Shown one piece after another: positions 20,476-32,205 of a DNA stretch of 64,000 nt (within the stretch, counting starts at the first letter, position 1; each line of letters opens with the position of its first letter). This stretch comes from Candidatus Doudnabacteria bacterium (GTDB lineage Bacteria; Patescibacteriota; JAQUNI01): positions 20,603 through 84,602 of the forward strand of contig JBAZQX010000002.1 in assembly GCA_041644975.1 (NCBI GenBank), written 5' to 3'. The notes under the pieces were generated by a model. The model was not told the DNA's origin. It made no database searches and saw only the letters and a list, made by a program, of their open reading frames with translations. A program made the position numbers and the translations under genes.

Positions 20476-20907
20476 ATGAGTATAATTGTGACGCAGAGTA
20501 GTATAAATGAAATCATGGATAAAATTATTAGCGCTATTATTGAATTCCAAGAAGAACTTGGGAAAAAAGTTCTTGCCGTGTTGGGGATGAAAGCAGAATT
20601 TGTTGGGGTTCCTGATAGACATCGTCCCAATTTTTTAGATGATTTACCTGCTGAAATAAGAGAAACATTAAAGAACTACATTTTAGCCAGTGAGAAATGG
20701 GAGGATTTTATTGTAGAGGCAAAAGATGATATTTGCCTTATGATCCATGAAGCGGGAACCCACTTTATTAAGGAAATGCTGGAAGCTATTTATGGGGAGG
20801 CTGATGATTCCGGTCTGGATACGGATGTGGAAGCGTTTAGTGATCTAGAAAAGAAAATCGGCAAAATTTTAGAAGAAGGATTAGCGACGGAAGAAGGGGA
20901 GGAATAA
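20476..20907 (+). CDS. Acidic hypothetical protein
   Basis: AAGGAG SD; terminator-like hairpin ~20915-20942. Confidence 0.65.
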   Translation: MSIIVTQSSINEIMDKIISAIIEFQEELGKKVLAVLGMKAEFVGVPDRHRPNFLDDLPAEIRETLKNYILASEKWEDFIVEAKDDICLMIHEAGTHFIKEMLEAIYGEADDSGLDTDVEAFSDLEKKIGKILEEGLATEEGEE

Positions 20908-20974
20908 AGGCATTGGCTCTTTTATTAAAAGGAGCCTTTTTTATTTTTTGTAAAAAGATATATATATCAGTGGT

Positions 20975-21078
20975 TGGCTCCATAGTGGTGTAAGCCCTAT
21001 GGAGCCTTAATGCGAGCCGTTATATATTTTTATCTTGCAGCATGACTCCACAGCCCCTTCGGGGACTATGGAGCCAAT
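20975..21078. repeat. GGCTCCATAG/CTATGGAGCC palindromic element
   Basis: TTGGCTCCATAG...CTATGGAGCCAA ends with two internal related hairpins. Confidence 0.6.
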
Positions 21079-21166
21079 ACCCTATTATCAAGTTTTGACC
21101 CACGTCCCTTTTTGATGTATAATTATGAAGTTTAAAAACTTTTAAGATAATTAAAAATAAAAGATA

Positions 21167-24007
21167 ATGCCGAAGAAAATTATTATCCGCGGGGCGCGGG
21201 TGCATAATCTGAAAAATATCAATCTAGAGATTCCGCGGGATAAATTAGTGGTTTTCACCGGTTTGTCCGGCTCGGGAAAGTCCTCGCTTGCCTTTGATAC
21301 AATTTATGCCGAAGGTCAGCGCCGTTATGTGGAGAGTTTATCCGCTTACGCGCGACAGTTTTTAGGTTTAATGGATAAGCCGGATGTGGATCAGATTGAG
21401 GGGTTATCACCAGCGATTTCCATTGATCAGAAATCCGCTTCCTCTAATCCGCGGTCTACAGTGGGCACGATTACTGAAATTTACGATTATTTACGTTTGC
21501 TTTTCAGCCGCGTCGGCAAACCTCATTGCCTTTCCTGCGGCAAGCCGATTACCGCCCAGACAGCGAGCCAGATTACAGACAAGATTCTTGCTCTTCCTCG
21601 CGATTCTCGGGTAATTATTTTAGCCCCCTTGGTGCGCGATCGCAAAGGCGAACATAAACGGGAAATGACAGAGATTCAAAGAGCAGGGTTTGTGCGGGTG
21701 CGTTTAGATGGAGTCATATTAGAATTGGAAGAGGCGCTTCAGGGCAATATTAACCCTAAAAAGAAACACACTTTGGAGATTGTGGTGGATCGGCTGGAGA
21801 TCAGCGGAAACAAAGAAAACAGAGAGCGGGTTGCCGATTCCACGGAGACAGCGTTAAATTTAGGTAATAGTTTAATTATTGTGCATAATCTGAACACCAG
21901 TGAGGATTTGCTTTTTTCAGAAAATTTCGCTTGCCCGGAATGCGGCTTAAGTCTGCCTACCTTAGAACCGCGCGATTTTTCTTTTAATTCGCCGCACGGC
22001 GCCTGCCCGGAATGCACTGGCCTCGGCACTAAATTAGAGGTTGACCCTCTCTTAGTGATTCCAAATAAAAGGCTTTCTATTTATGAGGGCGCGATTCGGC
22101 CCTGGGCAAGGAGCGCCTCGCGCAATGGCTGGTATATTCAGATGTTGGAAGCGGTGGCTTCTTATTACGGTTTTTCCTTAGAAACCCCTGTGGCCGGGCT
22201 TAAAAAAAAGGATCTAGAGATTATCCTTTATGGGACCGCCGACACCCGCATTCCCACCGCGTTTAAAAGAGATTATCGTTATTTGCAAGCCGAAATTCCT
22301 TTTGAAGGGGTGATCCCTAATTTGGCTCGGAGATATCAGGAAACAGAATCCGATTATGTGCGCCGTGAGATTGAAAAATATATGCGCGTTTATCCCTGCC
22401 CCACTTGCAATGGTATGCGTCTCAAAAAAGAAATTTTAGGGGTAAAGATCATGGGGCGATCCATTGTAGACATTGCGCAAAAGGACATTGACCAGGCCTT
22501 TGCTTTCTTCCAAAATTTAGAAAAGGATTTAAACGCTCGGGATAAAATTATCGCCAAGCAGATTTTAAAAGAAATCCGCGCTCGCCTTTCTTTTTTACAA
22601 AATGTGGGTCTTTCTTATTTAACTCTGGATCGGCCGGCAGCCTCTTTGGCGGGCGGCGAATCCCAACGCATTAGACTCGCAACCCAGATTGGCTCTGCTT
22701 TAGTCGGCGTGCTTTATATTCTGGATGAACCTTCTGTTGGTTTGCATCAAAAAGACAATGTGCGCTTGATTGAAACCTTAAAAAAATTAAGAGATCAGGG
22801 TAACACGGTGATTGTAGTGGAACATGACGAAGAAATGATTTTGAATGCCGACTTTATTGTGGATATCGGACCAGGGGCTGGGAGAGAAGGCGGGGCAATC
22901 GTCGCTTGTGGAACACCAGCGGAGATTAAAAGGAATAAACGTTCTCTTACCGGTCAGTATTTAAGCCATCGTCTAGAGATTTCCTTGCCCCAAAAATATC
23001 GCCCCGGAAGCCACAAAAAAATCATCATTTATGGCGCCTCGGCGCATAATTTAAAAGAGATTACCGCGGAGATTCCTTTGGGCAAGCTAGTTTGTGTTAC
23101 CGGCGTTTCGGGTTCGGGTAAATCCACTTTAATCTGCGATATCTTGGCGCGGTTCTTGGCTCAACATTTTTATCGCGCCCGTACCCTACCGGCGAAACAT
23201 AAGAAGATCACGGGGTTTTCGTATCTGGACAAAGTAATCAGTATTGATCAATCGCCGATTGGTCGCACCCCGCGTTCCAATCCGGCGACTTATACAGGCG
23301 CGTTCACCCACATCCGTGATCTCTATGCGGAGACTCAAGAGGCCAAAATCCGAGGTTATCGCGCGGGTCGTTTTAGTTTTAATGTGAAAGGAGGCCGGTG
23401 CGAGGCCTGCCGGGGTGAGGGTTTAGTCAGGATTGAAATGCAGTTTTTGCCGGATGTGTATGTGGAATGTGAAGAATGCAAAGGCACCCGTTATAACAAA
23501 GAAGCCCTGGAGATTTATTACAAAGATAAAAATATCGCTGATGTTTTAAGAATGACCGTGGCGGAGGCTTTGCAGTTTTTTCGTAATGTGCCTGCGATAT
23601 ATCAAAAATTAATAGTTTTATGCGATGTGGGTCTGGATTATATTCAGTTAGGCCAGCCCGCGCCTACTCTTTCTGGTGGCGAAGCGCAAAGAGTGAAACT
23701 CGCCAGCGAACTCGCGCGCCGCGCTACAGGGAAGACCCTGTATATTTTAGATGAACCAACCACGGGTTTGCATTTTCACGATGTGGGAAGGTTGTTGGCG
23801 GTTTTAAATCAACTGGTGGACAAAGGCAATACGGTTTTGGTGATTGAGCATAACTTAGATGTAATTAAATCCGCAGATTGGGTTATCGATTTAGGACCGG
23901 ACGGCGGGGAGGCAGGCGGCCATCTTGTAGCAGCGGGCACGCCGCGCCAAGTCGCCAAAGTGAAAGCAAGTTATACGGGACAGTTTTTGAAGAAATACTT
24001 TCAATAA
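21167..24007 (+). CDS. uvrA: Excinuclease ABC subunit A
   Basis: Two ABC cassettes ([18 protein letters not shown]), Zn fingers. Confidence 0.99.
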   Translation: MPKKIIIRGARVHNLKNINLEIPRDKLVVFTGLSGSGKSSLAFDTIYAEGQRRYVESLSAYARQFLGLMDKPDVDQIEGLSPAISIDQKSASSNPRSTVGTITEIYDYLRLLFSRVGKPHCLSCGKPITAQTASQITDKILALPRDSRVIILAPLVRDRKGEHKREMTEIQRAGFVRVRLDGVILELEEALQGNINPKKKHTLEIVVDRLEISGNKENRERVADSTETALNLGNSLIIVHNLNTSEDLLFSENFACPECGLSLPTLEPRDFSFNSPHGACPECTGLGTKLEVDPLLVIPNKRLSIYEGAIRPWARSASRNGWYIQMLEAVASYYGFSLETPVAGLKKKDLEIILYGTADTRIPTAFKRDYRYLQAEIPFEGVIPNLARRYQETESDYVRREIEKYMRVYPCPTCNGMRLKKEILGVKIMGRSIVDIAQKDIDQAFAFFQNLEKDLNARDKIIAKQILKEIRARLSFLQNVGLSYLTLDRPAASLAGGESQRIRLATQIGSALVGVLYILDEPSVGLHQKDNVRLIETLKKLRDQGNTVIVVEHDEEMILNADFIVDIGPGAGREGGAIVACGTPAEIKRNKRSLTGQYLSHRLEISLPQKYRPGSHKKIIIYGASAHNLKEITAEIPLGKLVCVTGVSGSGKSTLICDILARFLAQHFYRARTLPAKHKKITGFSYLDKVISIDQSPIGRTPRSNPATYTGAFTHIRDLYAETQEAKIRGYRAGRFSFNVKGGRCEACRGEGLVRIEMQFLPDVYVECEECKGTRYNKEALEIYYKDKNIADVLRMTVAEALQFFRNVPAIYQKLIVLCDVGLDYIQLGQPAPTLSGGEAQRVKLASELARRATGKTLYILDEPTTGLHFHDVGRLLAVLNQLVDKGNTVLVIEHNLDVIKSADWVIDLGPDGGEAGGHLVAAGTPRQVAKVKASYTGQFLKKYFQ

Positions 24008-24113
24008 TTTTAAATTCTAAATTTTTAATTTTAAATCAATTTTAAATGCTTGAATTTTAAATTTTAAAACAAAGAAAAAAAGTTTTAAAATTAAGATTTT
24101 AAAATTTTATTTA
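24006..24113. repeat. AT-rich inverted heptamer arrays (AATTTTA type)
   Basis: Left arm nearly identical to 28379-28443. Confidence 0.7.
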
Positions 24114-24116
24114 AGG

Positions 24117-25088
24117 ATGAAAGCTGGTCTTCAAAAAAATATCTTATACACCCTCACCTTCTTTGATTTGATTGGCAAACCTTTGACCCTTTTTGAGTGT
24201 TGGCAATATCTTTTTAATGTCTTTCCCCTAAAATCCGGAGCAAGTATTGTAGAGATAGAGGACATTCTTCGGAAACATCCGAAGGTAGCAAATTTCCGCG
24301 GTTTTTATTTTTTGAAAGGCCATAGGGAGTTAGTGGACAGAAGGCGGAGAGAACATAATTTTTCTCAAGTTAAATGGAAGAGAGCGCGCTGCGTCATCCG
24401 TTTGTTGTCTTATGTGCCCTTTGTGAGGATGATCGCTGTCTGTAATACCGTGGCTTTTGATACCGCTCAAAAGGGGAGTGATATTGATTTTTTAATCCTG
24501 GTCCAAAACGGAAAAATGTGGACTACCCGCTTCGCGGTTACTCTTCTCGTTTCTCTTCTGGGGCTCCGAAGACATCGTCGCAAAATTACTGACCGTATTT
24601 GTCTGTCTTTTTATTTAGCGGACAATTGTTTGGATTTAAGTAAAGTGGCTTTAAGGAAAGAAAATGGCGCGATTGATGATCCTTATTTAGTTTATTGGGC
24701 GAGCAAGGTGAGTCCTGTTTACGATGAAGGGAGGGGAGAGATTTTTTTCTCGCAAAACAATTGGATTCGTAAATATCTTCCAAACTATATTCCTTATTCG
24801 GGAGTAGGGAGGCGCATTATCCGAAATAACCTTTCAAGGCAGATCTGGAAAAAAAGCATAGAACGCTTATTGCGTTCAATTCTTGGCAATTTAGGTGAAG
24901 ATATTTTAAAGAAATTGCAACTCGCTAAAATGTCGCATAATACCAAAAGCGTGGCGCGCGAACCAAATACGAAAGTGATTATTTCAGATCAAATCCTGAA
25001 GTTTCACGAGCAGGATTTAAGAGGGTTTTATCAGGGAGCTCTTGACCCCTCACCCAGAAACGATTTAAACCTGATAGAAAGGTTTTAA
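24117..25088 (+). CDS. Nucleotidyltransferase-fold hypothetical protein
   Basis: GSDIDFLI motif; last ~14 codons derive from an inserted element. Confidence 0.6.
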   Translation: MKAGLQKNILYTLTFFDLIGKPLTLFECWQYLFNVFPLKSGASIVEIEDILRKHPKVANFRGFYFLKGHRELVDRRRREHNFSQVKWKRARCVIRLLSYVPFVRMIAVCNTVAFDTAQKGSDIDFLILVQNGKMWTTRFAVTLLVSLLGLRRHRRKITDRICLSFYLADNCLDLSKVALRKENGAIDDPYLVYWASKVSPVYDEGRGEIFFSQNNWIRKYLPNYIPYSGVGRRIIRNNLSRQIWKKSIERLLRSILGNLGEDILKKLQLAKMSHNTKSVAREPNTKVIISDQILKFHEQDLRGFYQGALDPSPRNDLNLIERF

Positions 25089-25306
25089 TATTATAGAAAC
25101 GAGGCATTGCAAACTTAGTAATAAAAGCCGTGAAAAATAATAGAAAAATCATATAATGTTTTTGGCACGGTATAATGTTTTTGAAAACATTGTGTGATTT
25201 CATCCCTAACCCATATCGTTTTCTGGGTGAGGGGCTCTTGCCCTTGACCCTTCACCTTTAGCTAAGGTCTTCACCTTTATGAAAGGTGAAGACTAAAGGT
25301 GAAGGG
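25046..25306. mobile_element. Two adjacent CCCYTCACC-ended elements
   Basis: 25046-25234 TIR CCCCTCACCCAGAAA; 25248-25306 CCCTTCACCTTTAG/CTAAAGGTGAAGGG flanked by CTTGA on both sides. Confidence 0.65.
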
Positions 25307-25307
25307 C

Positions 25308-25365
25308 TTGACAAGAAATGTAATTTTGCTAAAATAATTTAGCACTCTTGACAGGAGTCTGCTAA
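25308..25365 (+). promoter_or_regulatory. groES promoter and CIRCE (HrcA operator)
   Basis: TTGACA-16-TAAAAT with extended TG; TTAGCACTC-N9-GTCTGCTAA at 25339-25365. Confidence 0.85.
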
Positions 25366-25416
25366 TTCTCTATTATTAGTTATTACTAGAAATTAAATCC
25401 AATAAATCAAAAAATT

Positions 25417-25707
25417 ATGATCATCCAACCTTTAGATGACAAAGTGGTGATTAAACCATTAGATGAAGAAGAAAAAACCAAAGGCGGTATTGTTTTACCT
25501 GACACCGCGGAGAAAGAAAAACCTGAAAAAGGAAAAGTGGTAGCTGTTGGTCCGGGCAAAATTTTGGATAATGGCGCGAGATCTCCGATGATGGTTAAGA
25601 AAGGGGATGTGGTTTTGTTCACCAAATACAGCCCGAATGAAATTAAGATTGATGGTAAAGAGGTTTTAATCGTTTCCGAGTCTGACATTTTAGCAATTCT
25701 TAAATAA
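25417..25707 (+). CDS. groES: Co-chaperonin GroES
   Basis: [28 protein letters not shown]. Confidence 0.98.
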   Translation: MIIQPLDDKVVIKPLDEEEKTKGGIVLPDTAEKEKPEKGKVVAVGPGKILDNGARSPMMVKKGDVVLFTKYSPNEIKIDGKEVLIVSESDILAILK

Positions 25708-25713
25708 TTTTAG

Positions 25714-27416
<1,703 letters not shown>

Positions 27417-27440
27417 GCGCCCCAAGTGGTGTTGGATAAA

Positions 27441-27549
27441 CCCCGTTAGAGAATTTCGTTCTCTAACGGTTTCCAATGACGGTGACATTAAACCACTGCC
27501 AGCGTCTATATTTTTCCCACCACTTCGTCGTCGGCTTTCTCTAACGGGG
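27441..27549 (+). mobile_element. MITE-like CCCCGTTAGA element (uninterrupted, 109 bp)
   Basis: TIRs, TAAA flanks, interior GGTGRCATTAAACCA shared with the 6831 copy. Confidence 0.8.
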
Positions 27550-27578
27550 TAAAATAAAGCATCTAAAGTTTTTCAGAT

Positions 27579-27611
27579 AAAAAGAGGCCCTTCTTTGAAA
27601 GGGTCTCTTTT
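27579..27611 (+). terminator. groEL terminator
   Basis: AAAAGAGGCCCTT..AAGGGTCTCTTTT. Confidence 0.7.
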
Positions 27612-27620
27612 GTTTTTATT

Positions 27621-27655
27621 GCAGTAGAGACAGGTTTTAAACCTGTCTCTACTGC
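27621..27655. repeat. GTAG-type REP-like perfect palindrome
   Basis: GCAGTAGAGACAGGTTT-T-AAACCTGTCTCTACTGC; second copy 45517-45550. Confidence 0.8.
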
Positions 27656-27708
27656 TCTTTTATTTTTTTCTTATTTGCGTTAAAATAAAGAGAAATTTTA
27701 GAAACAAA

Positions 27709-28368
27709 ATGCAAGATGAGATTTTTGTTATTATTCCTGCTTATAACGAAGCCGCTCGGATCGGGGCGGTTTTGGAAGGAGTGAAAAAGTATTGCCCTAA
27801 TATTATTGTGGTGGATGACGGATCAGATGACGAGACTTCGGAAGTCGCAAAGTGGTATAAAGTTATTGTTTTGCGCCACAAAGTGAATTTAGGGAAAGGC
27901 GCGGCACTTAAAACCGGCTGCGAGGCGGCTTTAAAATTGGGAGCGAAGATATTAGTTTTTATGGACGCAGATGGTCAGCACGAGCCAAAGGGTATTCCAC
28001 GGCTCGTTAAGGCTATTTATAAAGGCTATGATTTAGTGATCGGGATGCGGCGTTTAAATCGGAGAATGCCATTTTCAATGTGGGTGGGCAACAAGATTTT
28101 TTCTAAACTCATTCATTACTTTTACAATTTTAATTTGCCTGATACTCAATGTGGTTTTCGCGCTCTTCGTGTCTCGGTCTATCCCAAGATTCAGTGGATG
28201 GCTCAAGGGTATGAAGTGGAAACAGAGATGTTGCTTAGCGCTTTACGAGGTAAATTGCGTTGCGCCGCCATTCCGATTCAAGCCATTTATTACGATAGTT
28301 ATAAGGGGACGACGATAATTGATGGGTTCAAAATTTTGGCTAAAATAATTGAGCGTAGAATATTTTAG
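27709..28368 (+). CDS. GT2 glycosyltransferase (DPM1-like)
   Basis: IPAYNE, VDDGS, NLGKG, DADGQH, DTQCGFR. Confidence 0.92.
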   Translation: MQDEIFVIIPAYNEAARIGAVLEGVKKYCPNIIVVDDGSDDETSEVAKWYKVIVLRHKVNLGKGAALKTGCEAALKLGAKILVFMDADGQHEPKGIPRLVKAIYKGYDLVIGMRRLNRRMPFSMWVGNKIFSKLIHYFYNFNLPDTQCGFRALRVSVYPKIQWMAQGYEVETEMLLSALRGKLRCAAIPIQAIYYDSYKGTTIIDGFKILAKIIERRIF

Positions 28369-28378
28369 AGTCAATATA

Positions 28379-28526
28379 AATTTTAAATTCTAAATTTTTA
28401 ATTTTGATTCAATTTTAAAATCATAATTTTAAATTTTAAAATTAAGGGAAAGAAGAAGGGGTTTTAAAATTAAAAAATTTAAAATTTGAATTTGATTTAA
28501 AATTTAGAATTTAAAATTAGAAATTC
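28379..28526. repeat. AT-rich inverted heptamer arrays
   Basis: ~65-nt complementary arms around a purine-rich loop. Confidence 0.75.
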
Positions 28527-28531
28527 AACTC

Positions 28532-28888
28532 ATGATTTCTTTTCTAGGCATTCAAATTTTAGGTGTTTTCTTTGGCGTTTTTATGGCTTATTTTAGTTTT
28601 GTTTATTTTAAACGCCGTGAATTTTCGTTTGGGGTTTTGATTTTTTGGGAAGTTTTGTGGCTCGCTTTAATTTTTGTTTCTATTTTTCCCCATTCCACGA
28701 ATTTTTTTCTTCAAGGGTTGGGCTTAATCAGGGCAATGGATTTGTTTATGATACTTGGTTTTATTATCGCTTTTGGTTTGCTTTTCTATAATTATGTGGT
28801 TGTGCAAAGACTAAGGAAGAAAATAGAGAAAGTAGCGAGAAAGGAAGCTTTAAGAGGGATAAAGTTAAAACTCAGATCGCAAAAGTGA
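28532..28888 (+). CDS. DUF2304-like membrane protein
   Basis: 3 TMs plus coiled tail, downstream of GT2. Confidence 0.7.
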   Translation: MISFLGIQILGVFFGVFMAYFSFVYFKRREFSFGVLIFWEVLWLALIFVSIFPHSTNFFLQGLGLIRAMDLFMILGFIIAFGLLFYNYVVVQRLRKKIEKVARKEALRGIKLKLRSQK

Positions 28889-28932
28889 AATCTGAATCTT
28901 AAAAGTTAAAAGTATAAAATGAAATAACTTTT

Positions 28933-29895
28933 TTACTTTTGAGATTTTAATTTTAAATACCATTGAATAAATTTTTGTATCCCTTCCTCAATATTGGTTT
29001 TGGGATCAAAATGCAATAATTTTTTAGCTTTGGTAATATCGGCCCAGGTTTTAGGAAGATCGCCCGGCTGGGGCGGTAATTTTTTTATCTTTGCTTTTTG
29101 CCCTATATTTTTTTCAATTAACGCCACAAGCTTAAGGAGAGAAATGGTCCGAGAATTGCCGAGATTATAAATTCCAAAGCCGCGGTGGTATTTGATAGTA
29201 TTTATAATACCCTGGACAATGTCGTCAATATAGGTGTAATCTCTTTGCGATTTGCCGTGGGCATAGAGAGAAACGGTTTTGCCTGCTCCAATAAGTTTAG
29301 TGAATTGATGGATCGCCATATTGGGTCTTTGCCTCGGACCATAGACCGTGAAGAAGCGTAAAACAGCGATATTGAGCTTGTAAAGTTGATAATAATTATA
29401 ACATAAGAGTTCCCCTGCCTTTTTAGTTGCGCCATAAGGCGAAAGGGGATGGTCGGTTATGTCTTTTTCAGAGAAAGGCACCTTAGTATTCGCGCCATAA
29501 ACCGAAGAGGAAGAGGCAAAAATAAAATTTTTGATTTTATGGAGACGCGCTTGTTCTAGGAGGTTTAAAGTGCCATTGACATTCACTTCCAGATATTCCG
29601 CGGGTTTTTCCACAGAAGGACGGACACCCACTTTAGCGGCAAGATGGATAATGAAATTAAAATGATGTTGCGTAAAAATTTTTTTCAAGAGATTTCGGTC
29701 GCGAATGTCGCCTTTGACAAGAGTATAGTGAGGGTTTTGCAAGGCGAGTTTGATATTTCCCTTTTTTATATTGACATCATAAAAAGGATTAAAGTTGTCT
29801 AGACAGAAAACACGATGTTTCTGCTTCAATAATTTTTCTGCTAAATGCGAGCCGATGAACCCGGCGCCGCCCGTTACTAATATTTTTTGGGGCAT
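28933..29895 (-). CDS. NAD-dependent epimerase (UDP-glucuronate 4-epimerase-like)
   Basis: GGAGFIG, SSSSVYG, YGATK, RFFTVYGP. Confidence 0.92.
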   Translation of the reverse strand: MPQKILVTGGAGFIGSHLAEKLLKQKHRVFCLDNFNPFYDVNIKKGNIKLALQNPHYTLVKGDIRDRNLLKKIFTQHHFNFIIHLAAKVGVRPSVEKPAEYLEVNVNGTLNLLEQARLHKIKNFIFASSSSVYGANTKVPFSEKDITDHPLSPYGATKKAGELLCYNYYQLYKLNIAVLRFFTVYGPRQRPNMAIHQFTKLIGAGKTVSLYAHGKSQRDYTYIDDIVQGIINTIKYHRGFGIYNLGNSRTISLLKLVALIEKNIGQKAKIKKLPPQPGDLPKTWADITKAKKLLHFDPKTNIEEGIQKFIQWYLKLKSQK

Positions 29896-29952
29896 GATTA
29901 TAAAAAGCTAAGTTGTTTAATTATTATAAATTATGCAAACTACATTTATTTT

Positions 29953-30152
29953 GTTATTGCGAGCGATTTTTCCTCCCCTTTCCAAGGGGAGGCTTAGGAG
30001 GGGTTCTGAAAGTTTATCTCCCACCCCCCCCTCTTGTCTCCCCGCTCAGGCCCGCTACGCCAGAGCGTTAGCGAGGCGAGCAGGGGGAGTGTAATCAAGC
30101 TTCTCGCTGATAGGGCTCCATTTTCTGGCTTCGCCAGACTTCAGTCCGAAGG
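29953..30152. repeat. Composite palindrome cluster
   Basis: CCTCCCCTT-TCC-AAGGGGAGG hairpin, G/C tracts, CCCG-tag hairpin, CTTCAGTCCGAAGGA unit. Confidence 0.6.
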
Positions 30153-30204
30153 ATTTCTATAACAGGACATTGCCCAACGAGGGTTTAATTGTTATATTCT
30201 AAAT

Positions 30205-31455
30205 ATGAGTCCAAAACAGAGAATTTACAATTTTTTGCGTTGGTCGGAAAAATATACCCAAACCGATATGGTTTACCTTGCTCGCGGCGGATTCTGGCTG
30301 ACCTTGGAGCAGGTTATTACTTCCCTTGCGGGAATCTTACTCGCTGTCGCCTTTGCCAACCTTTTGCCCAAAGAAACATATGGGGTTTACAGGTATGTTT
30401 TATCCTTGGTGGGTATTTTATCTGTTTTCAGCCTATCTGGTATGAACACGGCGATCGTGCGGGCTGTAGCGCGAGGATATGAGGGCGTGCTAGTGCCTGC
30501 TTTCAAAACGCGTTTGCGCTGGGGAGTCGCGGGGGGAATCTTAAGCTTGGGTTTGGCTGGCTTTTATTTTTTGAACAATAACCTTACTTTGGTTTTTTGC
30601 TTCTTGATCGCGGCTGTTTTTTTGCCTTTTATGGATTCCCTGACTATTTATGAATCCTTCTGGGCGGGAAAGAAACTTTTCAAGACGCGGGTCATTTATA
30701 ATATCCTCGTTCGTATCGTGGCGGTGATGGCTTTGGTCGCGACTTTGATTTTGACCCAAAATCTTCTTTTTATTCTTCTTGTCTATTTTTGCTTCTATAC
30801 CTTTCTACGCCTCTTTTGTTTTTGGATGACCATTAAGAAATCATCTTTTCAACAAAAACAAGATCTTGAGACCATCTCTTATGGCAAGCATTTAAGCCTA
30901 ATGAATGTGGTCGGAGTGGTGAGCAGTCAATTGGATAAAATCCTTCTTTGGCATTTTTTAGGCCCTGTGTCATTAGCCTCCTATGCTTTAGCCACTACTC
31001 CTTGTGAACACATTGGCAACCTGTTTAAAAATCTTACTCCTTTATCCTTGCCTAAGTTCAGTGAGCAGTCTTTAGGGGCAATTAAAGCCAAGCTGTTTAA
31101 AAAAACTGCCAAGCTTTTCCTTGCCGCGATTCCTCTTTTGGGTCTTTATATAATTTTAGCTCCTTGGATCTACAAATTTTTTTTTCCTGCTTATTTAGAG
31201 GCTGTTTCTTATTCTCAATTTTACACAGTGGCGATTCTGCTAATGATTCCTCAAGTGCCCTTGGGCGCTGTTTTGGCGGCGCAGATGAGGAAGAAAGAGC
31301 TTTATATTATAAAATTTACCTCTCCTTTGGTGCGCATTGTTTTAGTTCTGATTCTGGTTCCGCTGTATGGAATTTGGGGAGCAATCACTACTCTCATCTT
31401 TACTCAAGTGAGTAGTTTTATCTTGTTGTTGTTTTTTTTAAGAAGGATGCGGTAG
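30205..31455 (+). CDS. Oligosaccharide flippase (Wzx/MOP)
   Basis: ~12 TMs, LLPKETYGVY, QLDKILL. Confidence 0.85.
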   Translation: MSPKQRIYNFLRWSEKYTQTDMVYLARGGFWLTLEQVITSLAGILLAVAFANLLPKETYGVYRYVLSLVGILSVFSLSGMNTAIVRAVARGYEGVLVPAFKTRLRWGVAGGILSLGLAGFYFLNNNLTLVFCFLIAAVFLPFMDSLTIYESFWAGKKLFKTRVIYNILVRIVAVMALVATLILTQNLLFILLVYFCFYTFLRLFCFWMTIKKSSFQQKQDLETISYGKHLSLMNVVGVVSSQLDKILLWHFLGPVSLASYALATTPCEHIGNLFKNLTPLSLPKFSEQSLGAIKAKLFKKTAKLFLAAIPLLGLYIILAPWIYKFFFPAYLEAVSYSQFYTVAILLMIPQVPLGAVLAAQMRKKELYIIKFTSPLVRIVLVLILVPLYGIWGAITTLIFTQVSSFILLLFFLRRMR

Positions 31456-31539
31456 TGGGCCATTTCATTTAATTAATTTCCAGATACGCTGGACAATTTT
31501 GGAAGCTGCCCGGGATGCCGGCAGTGCTGTTTGAATATC

Positions 31540-32205
31540 TCATTTTCTTAAAATTATAAAGTATCCTCCATGAAATTTATTCAATTCTGGATTTTTTTTA
31601 ATTAAATTCATATCGTCGAAATTCACGATTAGATCCATTATAGGATAGAATAGTTTACAGAAATGTCTGATCCCAATGGGAAAATTTTTTATTAATGCTT
31701 TTTTCATATCCATCGCTACTGTGAAATATCTTCCCATAATTTCAAATTTCTCTATTTTAAATCCAACTTCCTTCAATTCTCTTTTCCACTTTTCTTCGGT
31801 CCATCTTTGGAAGTCATAAGGATCAGCATGGATGGAATATAAAAATGGAATTGATAAAATCATAACTCCATTTCTCTTTAAAGCTCGATAACATTCTCTT
31901 AGGCCCATCTCTATTTTTTCAACATGTTCAAAAAGTTCAATAGCATTTATAACATCTGTGGTTTCTGCTTCAATTCTGTTCATATCTGTAACATCTAAAA
32001 CAATATCTGGATTATGTTTTTTTTCGATATCGGCAAAAATCCATTTTTCTACTTTATCTTTTGGCTTTTTAAATTTTCCTCTATCTCTTCCGCCAATGTC
32101 TAAAACAACTCCTTGATAATAATGCTTATTTTTCTCTAAGAGCTTATCTAAAATTTTTCGTCTGTAGCTAGCCCAAAAATAATATTGAAGATTTTTTTTT
32201 ATCAT
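31540..32205 (-). CDS. SAM-dependent methyltransferase
   Basis: VLDIGG, ELFEHV, HADPYDFQRWT. Confidence 0.85.
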   Translation of the reverse strand: MIKKNLQYYFWASYRRKILDKLLEKNKHYYQGVVLDIGGRDRGKFKKPKDKVEKWIFADIEKKHNPDIVLDVTDMNRIEAETTDVINAIELFEHVEKIEMGLRECYRALKRNGVMILSIPFLYSIHADPYDFQRWTEEKWKRELKEVGFKIEKFEIMGRYFTVAMDMKKALIKNFPIGIRHFCKLFYPIMDLIVNFDDMNLIKKNPELNKFHGGYFIILRK

